DNA from: the human T2T-CHM13v2.0 reference genome, Homo sapiens
Reading direction: 5' to 3' (one strand)
NCBI RefSeq assembly: GCF_009914755.1
Contig: NC_060940.1
Length of the DNA: 64,000 nucleotides
Shown here: positions 1 to 14,702 of the stretch, one piece after another
Layout: each line of letters opens with the position of its first letter
Position numbering within the stretch: the first letter of the stretch is position 1
Made by a program: the position numbers and the translations under genes
Notes under the pieces: generated by a model
The model's database searches: none
Seen by the model: only the letters and a program-made list of their open reading frames with translations
Told to the model about the DNA's origin: nothing

Positions 1-24
1 GGGACAAATATACAAACCATATCA
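1..24 (-). mobile_element. Terminus of MaLR (MST-type) LTR at window edge
   Basis: GGGACAAATATACAAACCATATCA is the reverse complement of the TGATATGGTTTG.. MST start. Confidence 0.55.
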
Positions 25-592
25 GTTATCAGAGATTAAGCTTTGTCTGGGTGTGATATGGGAGACTGACCCGCAGGATGCATAATGAGGGCTGGTAAAT
101 TTACAACAAAACAAATCAATATACAATATATTCAAATGACGACTGCTGCTACTAAGAGACAAATGTCTCACTAAAAATTGTATAATTCACTATAAATAGA
201 CCAATATTTCATTTTGTTGAGGATCTTTTCTGTTGCATTTATTTAAAACAATGATAATATCAAATCAAAAGCAAATAATATATAACTAAGAGACATTTTG
301 AGAGAAAGAATATTTCACAAATCAAGTAGTTTACAACATTAGTCACAGAAAGGCAATCTGAGATTTGCTCCCAGATGTTTCTTGCTCAAATATAAAAGCT
401 GGTCAATAATGCAAAATGAAAGCAAATAATATATTATATAATGAATATATTATTTTTAGAATTTTAGCAAATAAAACAATAAAATAATAAAAGTTTAAGT
501 GTCATTGAAGATGATATATCATCTATGTGGAAGTGCAATGTGTGTGTATACACATGTATTATATGTATCGTATACATCTTGTATCATTAGTA

Positions 593-760
593 TTTTCTTT
601 TCTTTTTTTACAGAGATAGGAGTCTCACTCTGTCACCCTGGCTACAGTGCAATGGTGCCATCATGGCTCACTGCGGCCTCAAAATTCTTGGTTCCAGCTA
701 TCCTTCTGCTTCAGCTTCTTGCATAACTGGGACAACAGATGCACACCACCAAGCCCAATC
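593..760 (-). mobile_element. Old Alu right monomer (FRAM/AluJ-like)
   Basis: T-rich tail followed by gagtctcactctgtcaccc..ggctcactgc..gggacaacagatgcacaccacc. Confidence 0.85.
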
Positions 761-900
761 TATTTCTTTCACCCTCTTGGTCACTCTCCAGCACATTAAA
801 CACACACTGTTAGAATCATCTAGTTGTCAATACTTTAAACACTGTTTTTATTTCTATGTTCAGTCATTGCATGAGGATTAAACCTGCAGTTGGCTTAAGG

Positions 901-937
901 TGTTTGTTTGTTTGTTTGTTTGTTTGTTTGTTTGTTT
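901..937. repeat. (TTTG)n microsatellite
   Basis: About 9 units, directly visible. Confidence 0.95.
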
Positions 938-1611
938 ACATGGTTTAGGAAATTTGCCACCGACCAAAATAAATTTTGAAATCTTTGGTTATGCCACTTC
1001 TCAAAACTGAGCTAATATGATTCTGATAACTAATAAATAATATTTTTGTATCTTTTTCTAGAGGTTTTCAACTTATAGAGAATGTCTTAACACCCTCTCT
1101 TCCCTCTAAACACCCATGACAGGCATGAAAATACAGCTCTGGTTTTATAATGGAGCTCAATGAGAAGAATAAGTAGATACAAACACATTTATGCAAACTA
1201 AAAGATAATTAAACATATTTTGTGATAGGTTAACCTAGTTTTAGTCATAAACAAACAGGGAAGAAAATTTTTCCTATGAGTTACAATTCAAAATTTCATT
1301 AAACTGTCAGAACAACTTTCAAGATATCTATTTTATAAATAAAAATGGCAGAGTAATATTTGGATCATCCGGTAGCTTACAGGAATTATGACTGGTCTTT
1401 AATGCATGTCATCTAATTGCCTTTTCAGAATGAAAATGCACCTCTGAAAGGCTGAAGTAACTCTATTTCTTAATTTGAAAAAATTTTCACTTCAAAGTTT
1501 CTGAAGAGTATCAAAGGAGCTACTTCTTGGAAAGTGATGGGCACTGTTACTGACATATAAGAATTATTCAGTACATGCTTGTTAATGGTATTATGTTAAT
1601 AAGACTCTTGC

Positions 1612-1798
1612 TCTTTTCTCCTCTCTTTCTCTCTCTCATATATATATATATATACACACATATATACATATATACATATACATATATATGTATATGTATA
1701 TATGGTGATACGTATATATGTATATGTATATGTATATATGGTGATTAAAGGTGATATATGGCTTTGGATATATGGGCTTTGGATATATGGGCTTTGGA
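1612..1798. repeat. Compound (TC)/(TA)/(CATATA) microsatellite plus 3x 15-bp tandem repeat GATATATGGGCTTTG (1753-1798)
   Basis: Directly visible. Confidence 0.9.
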
Positions 1799-3179
1799 AA
1801 GGTATTTCTGAAAAGATATAGGTATGGACATTTACATTCTTTGCATAAAATATGGCATTGATATCAGTAATTATCCTATGTCCATCTCTAAACGGTTTTC
1901 AGATGATACTTTCCTTGTCATAGTTGATATAAATGTGTATCTATGGGATGAATGGGATAAGTTTAAAACTGCTCCACAAACTTCTAGACACATACTGGTG
2001 TGCTGGCAAACATATTTACAGGCCTGGAATACATATGTTAAAACAAACATTACTGATGTTTTTGATTACCTGAATTCAAGTAAACATTGAGATGTATAAA
2101 ATAGATACTAAGATGTTTCCATTTTATTGCCAATTTTCTATATTAACATGAAATGTCACTGGTTTTCAGGCAACTATTACATTTATGGAATCTTTTTCTG
2201 AAATGCATCATAAATCTTCTAAGGACTGAATAAACTGAAAAAGAAAAAAAAAGCAATTATGAAACCTGGTGACCAAAGATGTGTTTTCAAATGCCAATAG
2301 TCAGAGATAAAATTTTAGGAGATTATAATATTATTGATTAGTTGCTTTGAGATAATATTCTCTTATGTCAATAGCAATAAAAGATGGGTGAAGAATGATT
2401 AGATACTCCACGACAGGAGACTGTCTTGGGAAATATGTACACAGATCCATTTTTAATTTTGGAGATTCTGTCATCCATTTTCATTTCAGCTCACAATATG
2501 CTGATACTGGGTTGCAGAAAAAATGCTATTAAGATTACTTGTTTTTACAATTTTCTGCAGTAAATGAATTGATCTTTCCACTTATTTGATTTGTGATGAT
2601 GGCATTTGTCATGTTTCCTTAGGACTGTAATCCAAATTTTAAGAAACCTCTGGCATGAGGAGTGACAGGGGAAATAATGAAAACTTGTTTTCAGGGTGTT
2701 TCTTGATGGATGCTATCATTATTTCACTTTTATTTGCTTAAGGCTTTATTTAGGCATACTTTTTTAAAAAAATGCTTTTCCACCTAGGGAAGAAATGTTT
2801 TCCAACAACTAAGATATTAAGAAGTCCTTATTGGTGTACATATCTACTAGCCTTCCTATTTTATTTTTTTTCCGTAATACAAAAATGTTCAGAAGATACT
2901 AGCTTATTCATATCAAGAAGGAGATTACTTCTTTTGGGAGGGCAGAAAAATCCAAATGGGCCAAAGTAAAACACAATGGAGTTCAGGCACAGATGGCCTG
3001 GTGGAGAGAAATCCAGTCAAATCACTTTGAGAAATATACAACACATATGAAGGGAAAAGAACTACTAACTACTAATTGGCTATCGAAGTGAAGCCTCAAA
3101 GTTGAGGGTGGGATAACTGGACCAACACAAGCCTATCTGCCATGACAGTGTGATTATATTTGAATGCACAACTCTTAGG

Positions 3180-3310
3180 TACAATTCCAACTGTGCTGTC
3201 TTCTAGCTTCCTAACCCTGAATAAGTGATTTAATTTCTCTGTTTCAGATTAATGATTTCTAGAGTAAGGGTAATAACTGTCCTGAAATATGTTTGTTATT
3301 TTCTTAGTAA
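3180..3310 (+). mobile_element. MIR fragment
   Basis: Degenerate MIR core (..aataagtgatttaatttctctgtttcag..agggtaataac). Confidence 0.55.
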
Positions 3311-3340
3311 TGATGACGACGATGATAATTATGATGATGG

Positions 3341-3376
<36 letters not shown>

Positions 3377-3384
3377 CAATGATA
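3310..3384. repeat. (GAT)n trinucleotide repeat
   Basis: Directly visible; source of the poly-D and poly-I ORFs. Confidence 0.95.
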
Positions 3385-3646
3385 ACCCCAGAGGATACTA
3401 TGAATCTTTGTTTTGGAAGGCAGAATGCATCACTAGTGAGAGAGAAGAAATAATAAATTAACAGCAATCTGCTTTGTCTGGTAGTATCTTGTGGGAAAAA
3501 ATGTGTATATATAAAATATATATAATATATTTTATATATTTGCTTACCTCCAATATCTCCCTGGATCCCTCGCAAACCCCTAACTCTCCATCCCATGAAT
3601 CTTCAAACTTTGCCCAGGTGACTGCTTCCTATTTTGTGTGACAGGA

Positions 3647-3855
3647 AGTGTCATGCTAGTGAATGTTAAACAACTGGTCCTTAGGGGAGAGAAACGAGGA
3701 GAGCTTGTTTTATAGCACTTACCAATGTCTGTGATGTAAGTACTTCTGAAATGATCAATTCCAAGCTACTAGTGGTGTAACAGTCAGTTCACAAATACTG
3801 AAAATGTATCAGTTGGCTTTCAGGGGTCAGTATGAATTGGCTCTACACACTACTC
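3647..3855. mobile_element. MER63-like hAT DNA transposon
   Basis: Degenerate TIRs (agtgtcatgctag .. ctctacacactact) and internal atttccaagctac-type motifs resembling MER63. Confidence 0.6.
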
Positions 3856-5407
3856 TCAACTTGTTAAATGTTTAATCTTTGCTGACCTTTTAGACCACAC
3901 TTCTAGTATCCACCTCCATGTCCACAGGAGTGTTTGTGTGATGGCTCTTTCTGGTAATTGGTCTTTGTTATCTAAGTATAGTTGGCCCTCTTATCATCTT
4001 TTAAAATAATAACAAAAGTGTTTATTGAAATTACAGGTTTGTTTCCTTTAAAAATACCATGAAACAAAAAGATTCATGAAAGCACCTGTCTATTCAAATT
4101 TTATTTGCTGACCCATACCTATGTATGACTCTAAAGATCCAATGGCCAGGAAAACAGACAAGGTTCTGGACTTCATATGGCTCATATTCCACTAGATAAG
4201 AAAAACTGATAAAAACATACAAAGAAAATATAAAAAGCCAATTGGATATGCACTTTAGAAGAGATTTACATGGTTAAGAAAGTCAGCAAAAGTAGAAAAG
4301 TCTGCCTAAAAAGTGTGGCTTGAGCTAAAAATTTGAAGAAAGCATAGAAAGTAACCAGAAACAAGGGAGAGGAAGGAGAACTTCAGGCATAGGAGATAAT
4401 GTAGGCAAATAGCAGAGGTATGTTAGTATCACCCTGAGATGGCAAGGACCATAGAATTTCAAGGAGAGTGACAAAATATCATTAAGTATGATTTTTAAAA
4501 ATCTGGTATCCCAAGACTGTTGCATTGCCACACTGTAGAACCTGATCCAATTTGACCATACAAGTCTTTGCCAGGTATACAGAGCCAGTTGGTAACTTAA
4601 CTAGAATTAGAATTTATTGTTTTTACTATCATTTAGTATATTTTTACCTTTAAAATTCCACTAAAATACCCCTACAAAAAGCCATCATATATAAATCAAC
4701 AGTTATAGAATGATTTTTCAATTAGAATAAATGGTAAGAAAAAATTTTTTCATTAAAACTTTAAATAGGTAGTACTTGAGAAAAATAAATTGGATGAAAG
4801 ACCTAAAGAGTTTTGAAACATATGTTAGATTCTATGTGACTAAGCCTATTTTTACCTCACAACCTACTTCAGCCTTCCCCAAGAAAATAAAGGCCAAAAG
4901 AAAGCAACCTTTCCATCCCTTCTTGATTACAGATAACTTATTTTGCACTATATTATTTATCAGCTTATGTTAAAAAGTACAATAAGATCTTTTTCACTTT
5001 CTTTTAGCTAATGTGATTAATTATTAAAAGGGGAAATGCAATCAGGTAACTAAGGAGCTATCCAAGAAAATCTGGGTTTTCTCCAAATCTGTATGGCTAT
5101 TTAACTTTTCTTTGTAAATTTCTACTTGTGCACACGCAAATGCATTTGCACACACATATCCAGAGACACATATACACTTATACACACAATGATAGAAACT
5201 AATATTAATAGAGAGCTGGTCATGTGACCAACATGTCTCCAAAGCACTTGACAGATAATACCGTGTTATGTACTTCACAATATCTTATAAAAAAATACAG
5301 CATCTTTAATTTTATTCTGCAGATGGAAAAAAATCTACAGATAAAAGATAAGTAGTTGAGAAATTAGGAACATAGGGAAGAATTTTAACTGGAAGGGGCT
5401 CAGGAAT

Positions 5408-6148
5408 TGTGATATTGTGATATAGTAAGAAATACACATTTGGTCTCTGCCCTAATTCTTAAAACCCTGGGAATTTTTGAAGTGGTAAGTGTCGTTTTAA
5501 ATGCTGAGATAACTAGTGGTTGAATTCTCCTGGATAACTTTAGGATGAGGGCTAGCTCTATCTACCTGCCTTCCAGGAAGGAAAAAAAGACTGGAGGCCA
5601 CATTGATCACCATGGCCAATGACTGAATCACTCAGGACTCCATAATGAAGCCTCTATAAAAACCCAAGACAATAGCTTTTGGAGCACTTCCAGGTTGCTG
5701 AACACTGGTCCTGGACGGTTGTGTTCCTGAAGAGAGTGAGGAAGCTCTGCCTCACTTCTCCCAGACCTTGCCCTATGCTTCTCTTCCCTGTGGCTGTTCC
5801 TGACTTATATCCTTTGTAATACACCGGTAATCTAGCAAGCAAAGTGGTGTCCTGAGTTCTGTGAGCTGCTCTAACAAATGATCCTTTTCTTTGTAACCAA
5901 ATTGGATGGAAGTTGTGGGTAATCTGTAGACTTTAGATTGGCATTTCAAGTTGGGGGCAGTCTTGAGCCCTTAACCTGTGAGATCTAATACTATCTTCAG
6001 ATACATCATGTCTACATTAAATTTAATTATACGATATTCAACTGGTGTTGGAGAATTGCTTAGGATAGGAAAAACGCACACATCTGGTCACAGAGGTGTT
6101 TGTGTTGTTGAGAGTATAGTTGGAGAAAACATTTATTTTCTACCATAC
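5408..6148 (+). mobile_element. MER21-family solo LTR
   Basis: TGTGATATTGTGA start, TATA-like ctataaaaccc, ..gcacttccaggttgctgaacac.., ends ..ccataCA. Confidence 0.85.
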
Positions 6149-7892
6149 AGGAACAAATCCCAAAATTTTATGACTGTAACAAGTAGCACAGGGAATCAAT
6201 CGCAGGCTGTTTAGGCAGTGAAAAAGCAACTTTTGAGTGAGAAAACAAAAACCAAAAACAGGTAACAATACTCATAGACTAGTTTGAAAATAGAACTGAC
6301 ATTAAAGAGGGATATTGTGGGATTTTTAAGAATTTAAATTTTGTAGTTGAACAAGATCATGAAGTAGTCTGGCTGAGGATAATTAGTTATTCAAATATTC
6401 AAAAGAAGACAAAGTTTTAGAATCAAGTTGCTAAAATGAAGATCAAGCAAAAGATTGCATATAGCACTGGTGGTAAATAGACCCTAGTTTGACAGGCCTC
6501 AGTAGATATCTTCTCCTAGGACATATTACGATCAAGAATTACATGCAATTTCCCTTGCTTGGGTTTTCTTGTTTACATTAACTACTGGGACTCTTAAGTG
6601 CTTAAATACTTCAAGGAGACCAGAGTCTTGCTGACTATACTAACAAAATGTAAACACAGCAACTTTTTAAGAAGCGTAATAGTTTTAGCAAAGGTGTCTT
6701 GGGCATATTATCAAGATGCTATTAGAAGCCATGCTGTTTTCATTGTTATTGATTCTCATATGTATCTAGCAAGTGATGAACATTCATACATATTTATTTA
6801 TTGGTGCTATGTCATAAATATCTTTGAATTGTACACACAGCCAAAACCAGCCATGAAAAAGAGAGGGCTAATTTCCCTAAAATGTCACTATCCCTGTGTC
6901 AATGGGGAATGACTTCAAGATAATGTAAGTAAATACTTGGGAAATATTTGAGAACATGTAATTATCTTCAGAGTTCTCTCTTTGAAAACATCTTAAACTT
7001 TCATCAGTAGATGGTTGTACAAAGTAATCTTGGGAAACAATATTAAAAACTCTCTTCATACTATTATTAATATACAATGCACAAATTAAGTTACTCAAAA
7101 CCATTTATTTATCTTCCCTTGTACCATCCTTGGAGTTGGTGACTATGTCTTACCTGAAAACCTGGCTGGATTTAAGTCTCTTTTAAAATCTAACATCATA
7201 TAAAGGACAGAAAGTACATCTGACATCAGTCAAATCAATATGTCAAAATTAGGCTTTGATGAAGGCAGGCAGGGGGAAAAAAATCAAGCACCAGATTTTA
7301 AAGTCCAATGTTGATTAGAAAAGCAACAAAATAAGGAAGAAAATGTGTCCAGCAGCTTCTAGCACTTGCTGGTACCAATAATAAATAACAGGAAATGTGG
7401 CTGATGTGAAACATTTTTTACTAGGCAAAATTTCACACACCATTTCCGCAAAGACCAATAAAATCATTTTGGAAAAAGCAACTAAGCTGGTCATCAAAGT
7501 TGTCAATCCTGTTGCTGGAGAGCTAAGCAAAGAAAATAAAATTATAAACTGTTTTCTTAGAATCTAGCAGAACTCTCAGATAAAAGAGATGTGCAACACA
7601 TAATATTTTAAAGCAAAGTAAGGCATAACTTCTGTGCATACTGCCTAGGAATTATACTGACTGCAGTCAAATATTTACTCCTTAGAAGTAAATTCGATGT
7701 TGGAAACCACTAAAAAAATTATAATTAGAATTATAATCAAATTATTGATAATATTCTTTTATTTTCTTGGCCTCATACATTAATTTTTAGTAAACTAGAT
7801 TTTTACATGGCTTATAAATTTGTTTGATATTAATGATGATATAAAAATAAATATTTAATAATCAGTGAAGGGTACTAGGCCTAGGCAGAAAT

Positions 7893-7898
7893 ATAATA

Positions 7899-7936
<38 letters not shown>
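7893..7936. repeat. (TAA)n microsatellite
   Basis: Directly visible. Confidence 0.95.
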
Positions 7937-7937
<1 letters not shown>

Positions 7938-8379
7938 ATAAGACCTAACTTGGACTTTAAGGGTCTTCATTATGGTAAAGAGGAAAAAAATGCCTTCCCA
8001 GTAATTATAAAACATAGAATAAGCACCAGTATAGTTTCAAATGATTTTACAATAACTGAAGATGTGATTAACTCATTCAGGCCATCAGATTTTGTATACA
8101 AGAAATGGAATGTATATTTGGGAACATCTCAAAGGATGAGTAAGACCTATCAATAGAGAGCATGAGGATATATATACTCTAGGAATATACAAATAAATGG
8201 TATGACCAAATTTTAAGACATATGAAAACACATGCTCTGTTCATAATGAGCAAAATAATTAAATTAATACAGGATATATACATTTCTTTATGGGAGAAAT
8301 GGGGATAACATGCCATAGCCGAGATTGTTAATATCCTTTCTTCTTTGAATAATAATATAAAAAACATCTATATTGCTAT

Positions 8380-8700
8380 GGGTGGTAACGCGCCCAGACA
8401 AAACAATCTCAATTTCGAGTCTTGCTAGCTAATTGGTATGGCCAATGAGATGTGAGCCATTAAGTATAGAAGTTCCACGAAAATCTCTTTAAAGGAAACT
8501 TAACTAGAAGACCTCTCTTGCTTCATTAGTGTTTTAGCAGCCACATTTCAGCATAAGGAAAAGGGTCACATCCTAAGAATAGTAAAGACTGGTCTCAGTG
8601 ACATTAAGGACCGAACACATCAGGTCTGAACAACCTACCTGTTTTTTAGTTATATGAAAGAAAAATAAATCCATGTCTCGTTTAACTCAATATTTCTTAA
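8380..8700 (+). mobile_element. Old MaLR LTR fragment (MLT1H-J type)
   Basis: tggccaatgagatgtgagc..cagccac..aaaaataaatccatgtctcgtttaa. Confidence 0.6.
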
Positions 8701-10962
8701 ATTTATTAAGAAAAGTTACTCTGAAGATACAGCTTGGGGATCACAAATTTTATGCACACAGTGGTAAGTTTTATTGCTGATACATATGAAGCTTTTAATA
8801 TTTGTGGCTGTTATTAATAATAACAATAAAGACCAGAGGACTTCCGGAGAATTCCACGTTTGTGGATTTGCATGATCTGAGAAAGAAATTTCTCAAAAGG
8901 TGTTTCCAAGCACACAGTGCATTATTATTATCAGAAAACTTGGGGAGCCTCATTTTGATGCCTAAGGTCAAGTGTTCTCTTAAAAAACCCAAGACTAGTT
9001 ATTTTTATAGCCATGTTTGTGGAAACCTATGAGATAATTTGTTTTAGAATAATTCAAAATTGTTAATAGGCAAGAGCTTTTAAAAGAATTTTTACATTTA
9101 GGAAATGCAAGCACTACTTAAGTTATCATCAACTTTGAAATTTCCAAACATCTTTCTTGATAGAGGATGAAAAAGCACAAAGCCTCTTGAATATGAAAGT
9201 CCTGCAGCACTCTGTCAGAACTTCCCACTTGTTTAAATATGGTCCAATGACCAGGGCTGGGGGCATCATTGTGACCAACGTGCCCATCCTGTGCCTATTT
9301 TCAGCTCTCCCTTCCTGTTGCTCCAGACTTGCCAAGGTCTGGACTTCCAACACAAAGGTTTTCCAAGTGAATTGCTAAAATTATTAAAAATCTGTGTGAA
9401 CATTTGTTGGGATTTTTGACAAGCTACCTATTCAAAAGGAGAAAAAAGGGACCCCATATTGAGTGAAATAGAACAGATGGTTAAAAACAAGCAATCTGAC
9501 ATTCCTGGACCATTACAATGTTTATGTGAGCGAAAGAATAAGGTGCATTTTTCTTGCCCAACAGAACATTATGTTGTAGTTACCAAATAACTTTCTATGT
9601 TTATGGACTAGTTTTATCCCAACATTATCTTATAAAAAGGTAACCTAAATGTCATTTTCAAGTGTTGTTTCTTTTGGCAAATGGGAAAAGTGAGGCTCAA
9701 AGAGGTTAAATAACTTGTTCAAATTAATGAAGGTAGTAAGTGCTTTATTTTCTTCATAGAATTTATTGCTACCAAAAAATAACTTTCAAATAGATATTTA
9801 TCTCCCAGTAAAATGTAAGCTCAATAAAGTCAGGGTTTTTTTTGCTGCTTACTCTATCTCTGTACCACTTGTGACCAGAATAGTGATGATCTCTCAATGG
9901 GTCGTAAAAATATAACATGCGTATTTGTGTATGTGTGTATGCATACACACAATGTCATGAGAAAGAACAGAAACTAAATCTGTGTCACTTTAAAACTACT
10001 TAATCTGTTTCACAGTGTCATGGCTTATGAATTGTTCTGTTACCATGATGTTATCCCTGCAAGACTCAGAACACTCAAATCCTGTTGTGAAATTTAGTTC
10101 TTTTGCATAAAAAGAAAGACATGCAACAAATCAGAGCAAAATGAAAATTAGAGTTCCAATTTATTCCTAGATGTTTAAGTGTCTGATATTCCAATTCAGA
10201 TCCCAATTAAAAAGGCAGCATAGAAATCCTGATTAGAAACAAAATCTCATTAGAACCTTTTTTTTCTTCCCTCATTCTAAATAATTGAGAGAAACATGCA
10301 TAGTTATAGATGGAGGAGAATAAGAAACAAGAGGAGCGGCAGAAGAGACAGAGACAGGCTTTCTCTAGAAAAAGCCTGAGCTCAACTATATAAGTCATTT
10401 AGACTCCAGAAAATTGTCCAACGTGTTCTGTGGTCCCAGACCTAAGATAATTGCTTACAAAATAGTTTTAAGAGGAAGTAATTTAAGGGATAAGAGAGAA
10501 ATCTAGGGTTTTTCCCTTTTGAGATAGAATAATTCCACTTATTAATAATTGTGGCCAAATCTCTGACCAATCTCATGTCAATATCTTCCTTAGAGAACAT
10601 GAATAGAAGAGGAGGTTCATGAAGTAATTGAAGAAGTGGCAGAGGTAAGTCTGTCTTGTGCAAAGGAAGGAATATTTCAGTCACTTCTGTCTATCATTTT
10701 TTCCTATTAATCCTGTAAAACCTGTAAGTCAGGCATTTCCTCTTATTTACTGTTCTTAAGTGCTGGAGATAAAAGGAGGAATTGACACTGGAGATTTAAA
10801 TTTAAAAAAATCAGTATCCAAAATTTGCATCAAACAACATTTTCCCACTGTTCCCATATATAACATTGTGTTTTAATGTGCTGTGTAATATGGAAACTTG
10901 ATGATGTCTCTGTTTTCTGTGAACTCAAAATCAAACAGTAGTATTAAGAAAATATCAATGGC

Positions 10963-11503
<541 letters not shown>

Positions 11504-12101
11504 TCAATATAGCATAATATTGTAGAACTGAACAAGTAATTGGCAAGTAAACCTTGGTGGTTTTCACAAAATGTAGAATTGGTAAACTTGCACAAAACCC
11601 CATTTTACCGAGCCATTATTTTATGTGTACAAAACATGAGGAAAGGGAAGATAAAATGAGTTATCCAAGGTCACACACCTTAGTTAAGGGGATGTGATAC
11701 AGAACATGGATGAACTAAATCCAAGAATATCATCTCACATGTTCACCCAACTGAGTTACATCCTGTTGAATGTTTTTGATGTAACATGTTTCATCCATGT
11801 GTTAGCACCTGCATACTGGTTTACCTCCATGACATTCTCCCAGTGGCTGTAACCAAGATGTATGCACTTAAAATTTGATAGAAAAGACCAATTACTGTAA
11901 TTTTCTCTCTTAAGAATTGTAGCTGAATGTCCCTTTTCCCTGGTCCAATATAGGATGCAAACAGCTCTCAAATATGGTAAGGCAGTTAAAATTCAAAATT
12001 AACCTATGTCCTTTTTCTTTGCTGTTTTTATTAGAATTCTCCTTTTCTCTTTGTGTCCTCCTTCAAACATTTTATTGTGTTTACTCACTGTCTTAAAATA
12101 T

Positions 12102-12866
12102 TGTTGGCAGCAGAATGTATCGGAGTCATATGGCAGCAAAGTATGTTACCAGTGGTGTATCTGTAAGTGTCTGCAGCAACTTCAGTTCTTGCCTCCTCAG
12201 AAGAAAGAATTCGACCAAGGGGCATAACGTAGAGTGAGAGACTCTACCTCTAGAGTCCCAACTTTTAGAGCCAGAGTGAAAGTTTATTAAAAAGTCTTAC
12301 AGCAGGAATGAGAGGAAGTAAAGTACACTTGAAAGAGGGCCAAGAAGGTGACTTTAGAGATCAAGTGCACTGTTTGGCCTTTGACTTGGGATTTTATACA
12401 CTGGCATACTTCTGGGGTCCTGCGTCCCTTCTCCCCTGATTCTTCCCTTGGGGTGGGCTGTCCACATGCTCAGTGGCCTGTAAGCTCTTGGGAGGGGCTG
12501 TATGTGCAGTGTGTTTACTGGAGGTGTGCGCATCCTCACTCGAGGTGTTCTTCTCTTACCAGTCTAGCTTTCCTAGAAGAATGTCATATACTAGTTAAAC
12601 TCTGCCATTTTGCCTCTTAGTACGCATGCTTGGGCCCATTCGCCCAACTCCTGAGATCTTATTGGGAAGCTACTGATCACCAGTTTCAGGTTTTTTTCCA
12701 GCTACTGGGAGAGGGCCTTTCCCTGGTGCCGGCTGTGACTAATTACTATTTTAGAGAGGCAGTTTAACAACCACCTACCCTTCACCAGATGGTAGCCTGA
12801 CATTCCTGGTTGGGGGTTGGGGATCCCCTCTCCTGCCCTGCTCATGTCTGACTACCTACTATAACA
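12102..12866 (-). mobile_element. MER50-type ERV1 solo LTR
   Basis: TG..CA ends, ctgccctgctcatgtctgactacctactataaca terminus, 4-bp TSD ATAT/ATAT. Confidence 0.85.
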
Positions 12867-14702
12867 ATATGAAAAGGGAATAAAGGAGGAAAAAGTTATA
12901 ATAACCGCCGATTAGCTGTATGAAAGAAGCAAATCTCACAAGATACCTGTTTTTCTCTTTCTCTTTGGAGAGAAGACATGTTATTAATCCTACCTGCTTG
13001 TCAGAAATAGAGAGCATAGATTTAAAAAAAAAAAACCAAGAGAATGAAGTAGGAAAGACAGAAAAAGTAATTTCTTAGATTTTGAATTTTGAAATCTACA
13101 ACTCTCAGGAAGACTATGAATACTGGAGCATAGACAAAGTGGTTGAAAGAAAATAAAGACACAATTCAATAATAAGTAGGTCTCTCTCACCTCCTTCTCA
13201 AGCCTTGCCTGGGAGGTGATAAACAATAATTTTTCTGTTAAGGTAGTACAGAGAAACAGATCAGAACAGAGTCATCAATAAGTCCTGTATGGGGATGCAA
13301 AAAAGGCCTTTTTCCTGCTTCCAGGACAATCTTGACGTGAAAGTAAGACATCAGAAAGGGAAAGCTTGCTGGGCCGGATTAGGTAAATTGGAGCAAAGTT
13401 ACCCAGGTGGAAGTATTTGTGTCCCAGCAGGACACAGAAGCAATACAGTATTCTAGTGCCTCCAAGTGGGAGACTCATGTATTGAAGAAAGCCTTCAGTA
13501 CTGAAAGGGGAGGAATATTCTGGCATATGTGAATAGGGATCTATGTGCACAAACTGGAGAATAAGGGCCATCTGTCTTCCTAGCCCTAAACTAAGCTATG
13601 CACAGCTCTCCTGAGTTGAGACTCAGACATCCAGCCTTCCTGCCAAAAATTAAAAAGAAAAGCCCCAAAAAGACTGAGATTAAGTTTCTGCTACCATGGT
13701 GGAATAATGAAGGTTGACAATGGAAATAAACTAGGTTTAATTCTTAGGAAAAAATTCATGTGTGTGTGTGTGTGTGTACTGCTTACACACTTAATGCAGG
13801 GGCAACAATCTTCTCTTAAGATACACAACACTGACAGAGTTTGCCTTTTCTGTAGAAGAATTCTGCAACACAAAGTTATCAATCACATACTTCTAAACAT
13901 TTGTTGTGTGATGGAGAAGAAAATTGTTTTATTATCAGGCAGATTTACATTAATGATGGTGATGATGGTGATGATGATGATGACAAAGATGTTCTCTGAA
14001 TATACACATGCATATTATGGCCTGTCAAAAAAGAAGGAAGAAAATATTATAGATACCAATATATTATATGGTTTCCATGCTGCTTTTATTTTAAATGCTC
14101 ACATCATTGCTATTCCAACTTTTGTTGAACTGAAGGGACCTGCTTTTATTTAACACATAAAGTTTTCTGTCTCTCAGGTTCCCACCTGACCCCAGATGCT
14201 CTATGTCTGTCAACGTTGCTTCTTCTTGAAGAGAATGACAGAAAAGAAGAATTCTATGAATCTGAACATTCCCTGTATCAGTAAACAGTAGAAGTTCAGT
14301 CATGCATTTATCATAGAGGTTGACAGATATGAACCCCAAATAGGAAACAGAGAAAGAAAAAGATTGAGAAGGCGTTATTGAAGTTTTTGGTGGAGTCAAC
14401 ATGTTGGAGATGCAAAATGTTTTGACTCCCCTTCCTAAAACAGATTAATCACCTTTATGTAGTCTCAGGATACTCTTTATAATTTCTTGAGGGAATGCAT
14501 TGTATTTTGCAGTTCCATTTGTATTTTCATTGTTTGCTACATAGCTAGTTTTCCTGTTTCTTAAAAGTCTGACCTACTAATTGAAGTTTACTGTTCTTTG
14601 TATAATAGATAATGGCTTAAGGTGCCTGTTTCCTTTGTGATCACAGAAATTATGGTATTATACAACACATAGTAGATGCTAAATAAGTAATTTTTGAACA
14701 GA

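Noticed and set aside
1753-1798. Short tandem arrays considered as CRISPR-like
   Set aside because: Eukaryotic context with no unique spacers; ordinary slippage repeats
13707-14153. 148-aa ATG ORF outside TEs
   Set aside because: Spans (TG)n and (GAT)n microsatellites; no recognisable domain
14160-14290. Good splice acceptor (ttttctgtctctcag|g), plus other isolated acceptor/donor motifs (40042, 19480, 10644, 54584)
   Set aside because: Could not pair them into a consistent exon chain; isolated sites are expected by chance, though lncRNA exons cannot be excluded without RNA data
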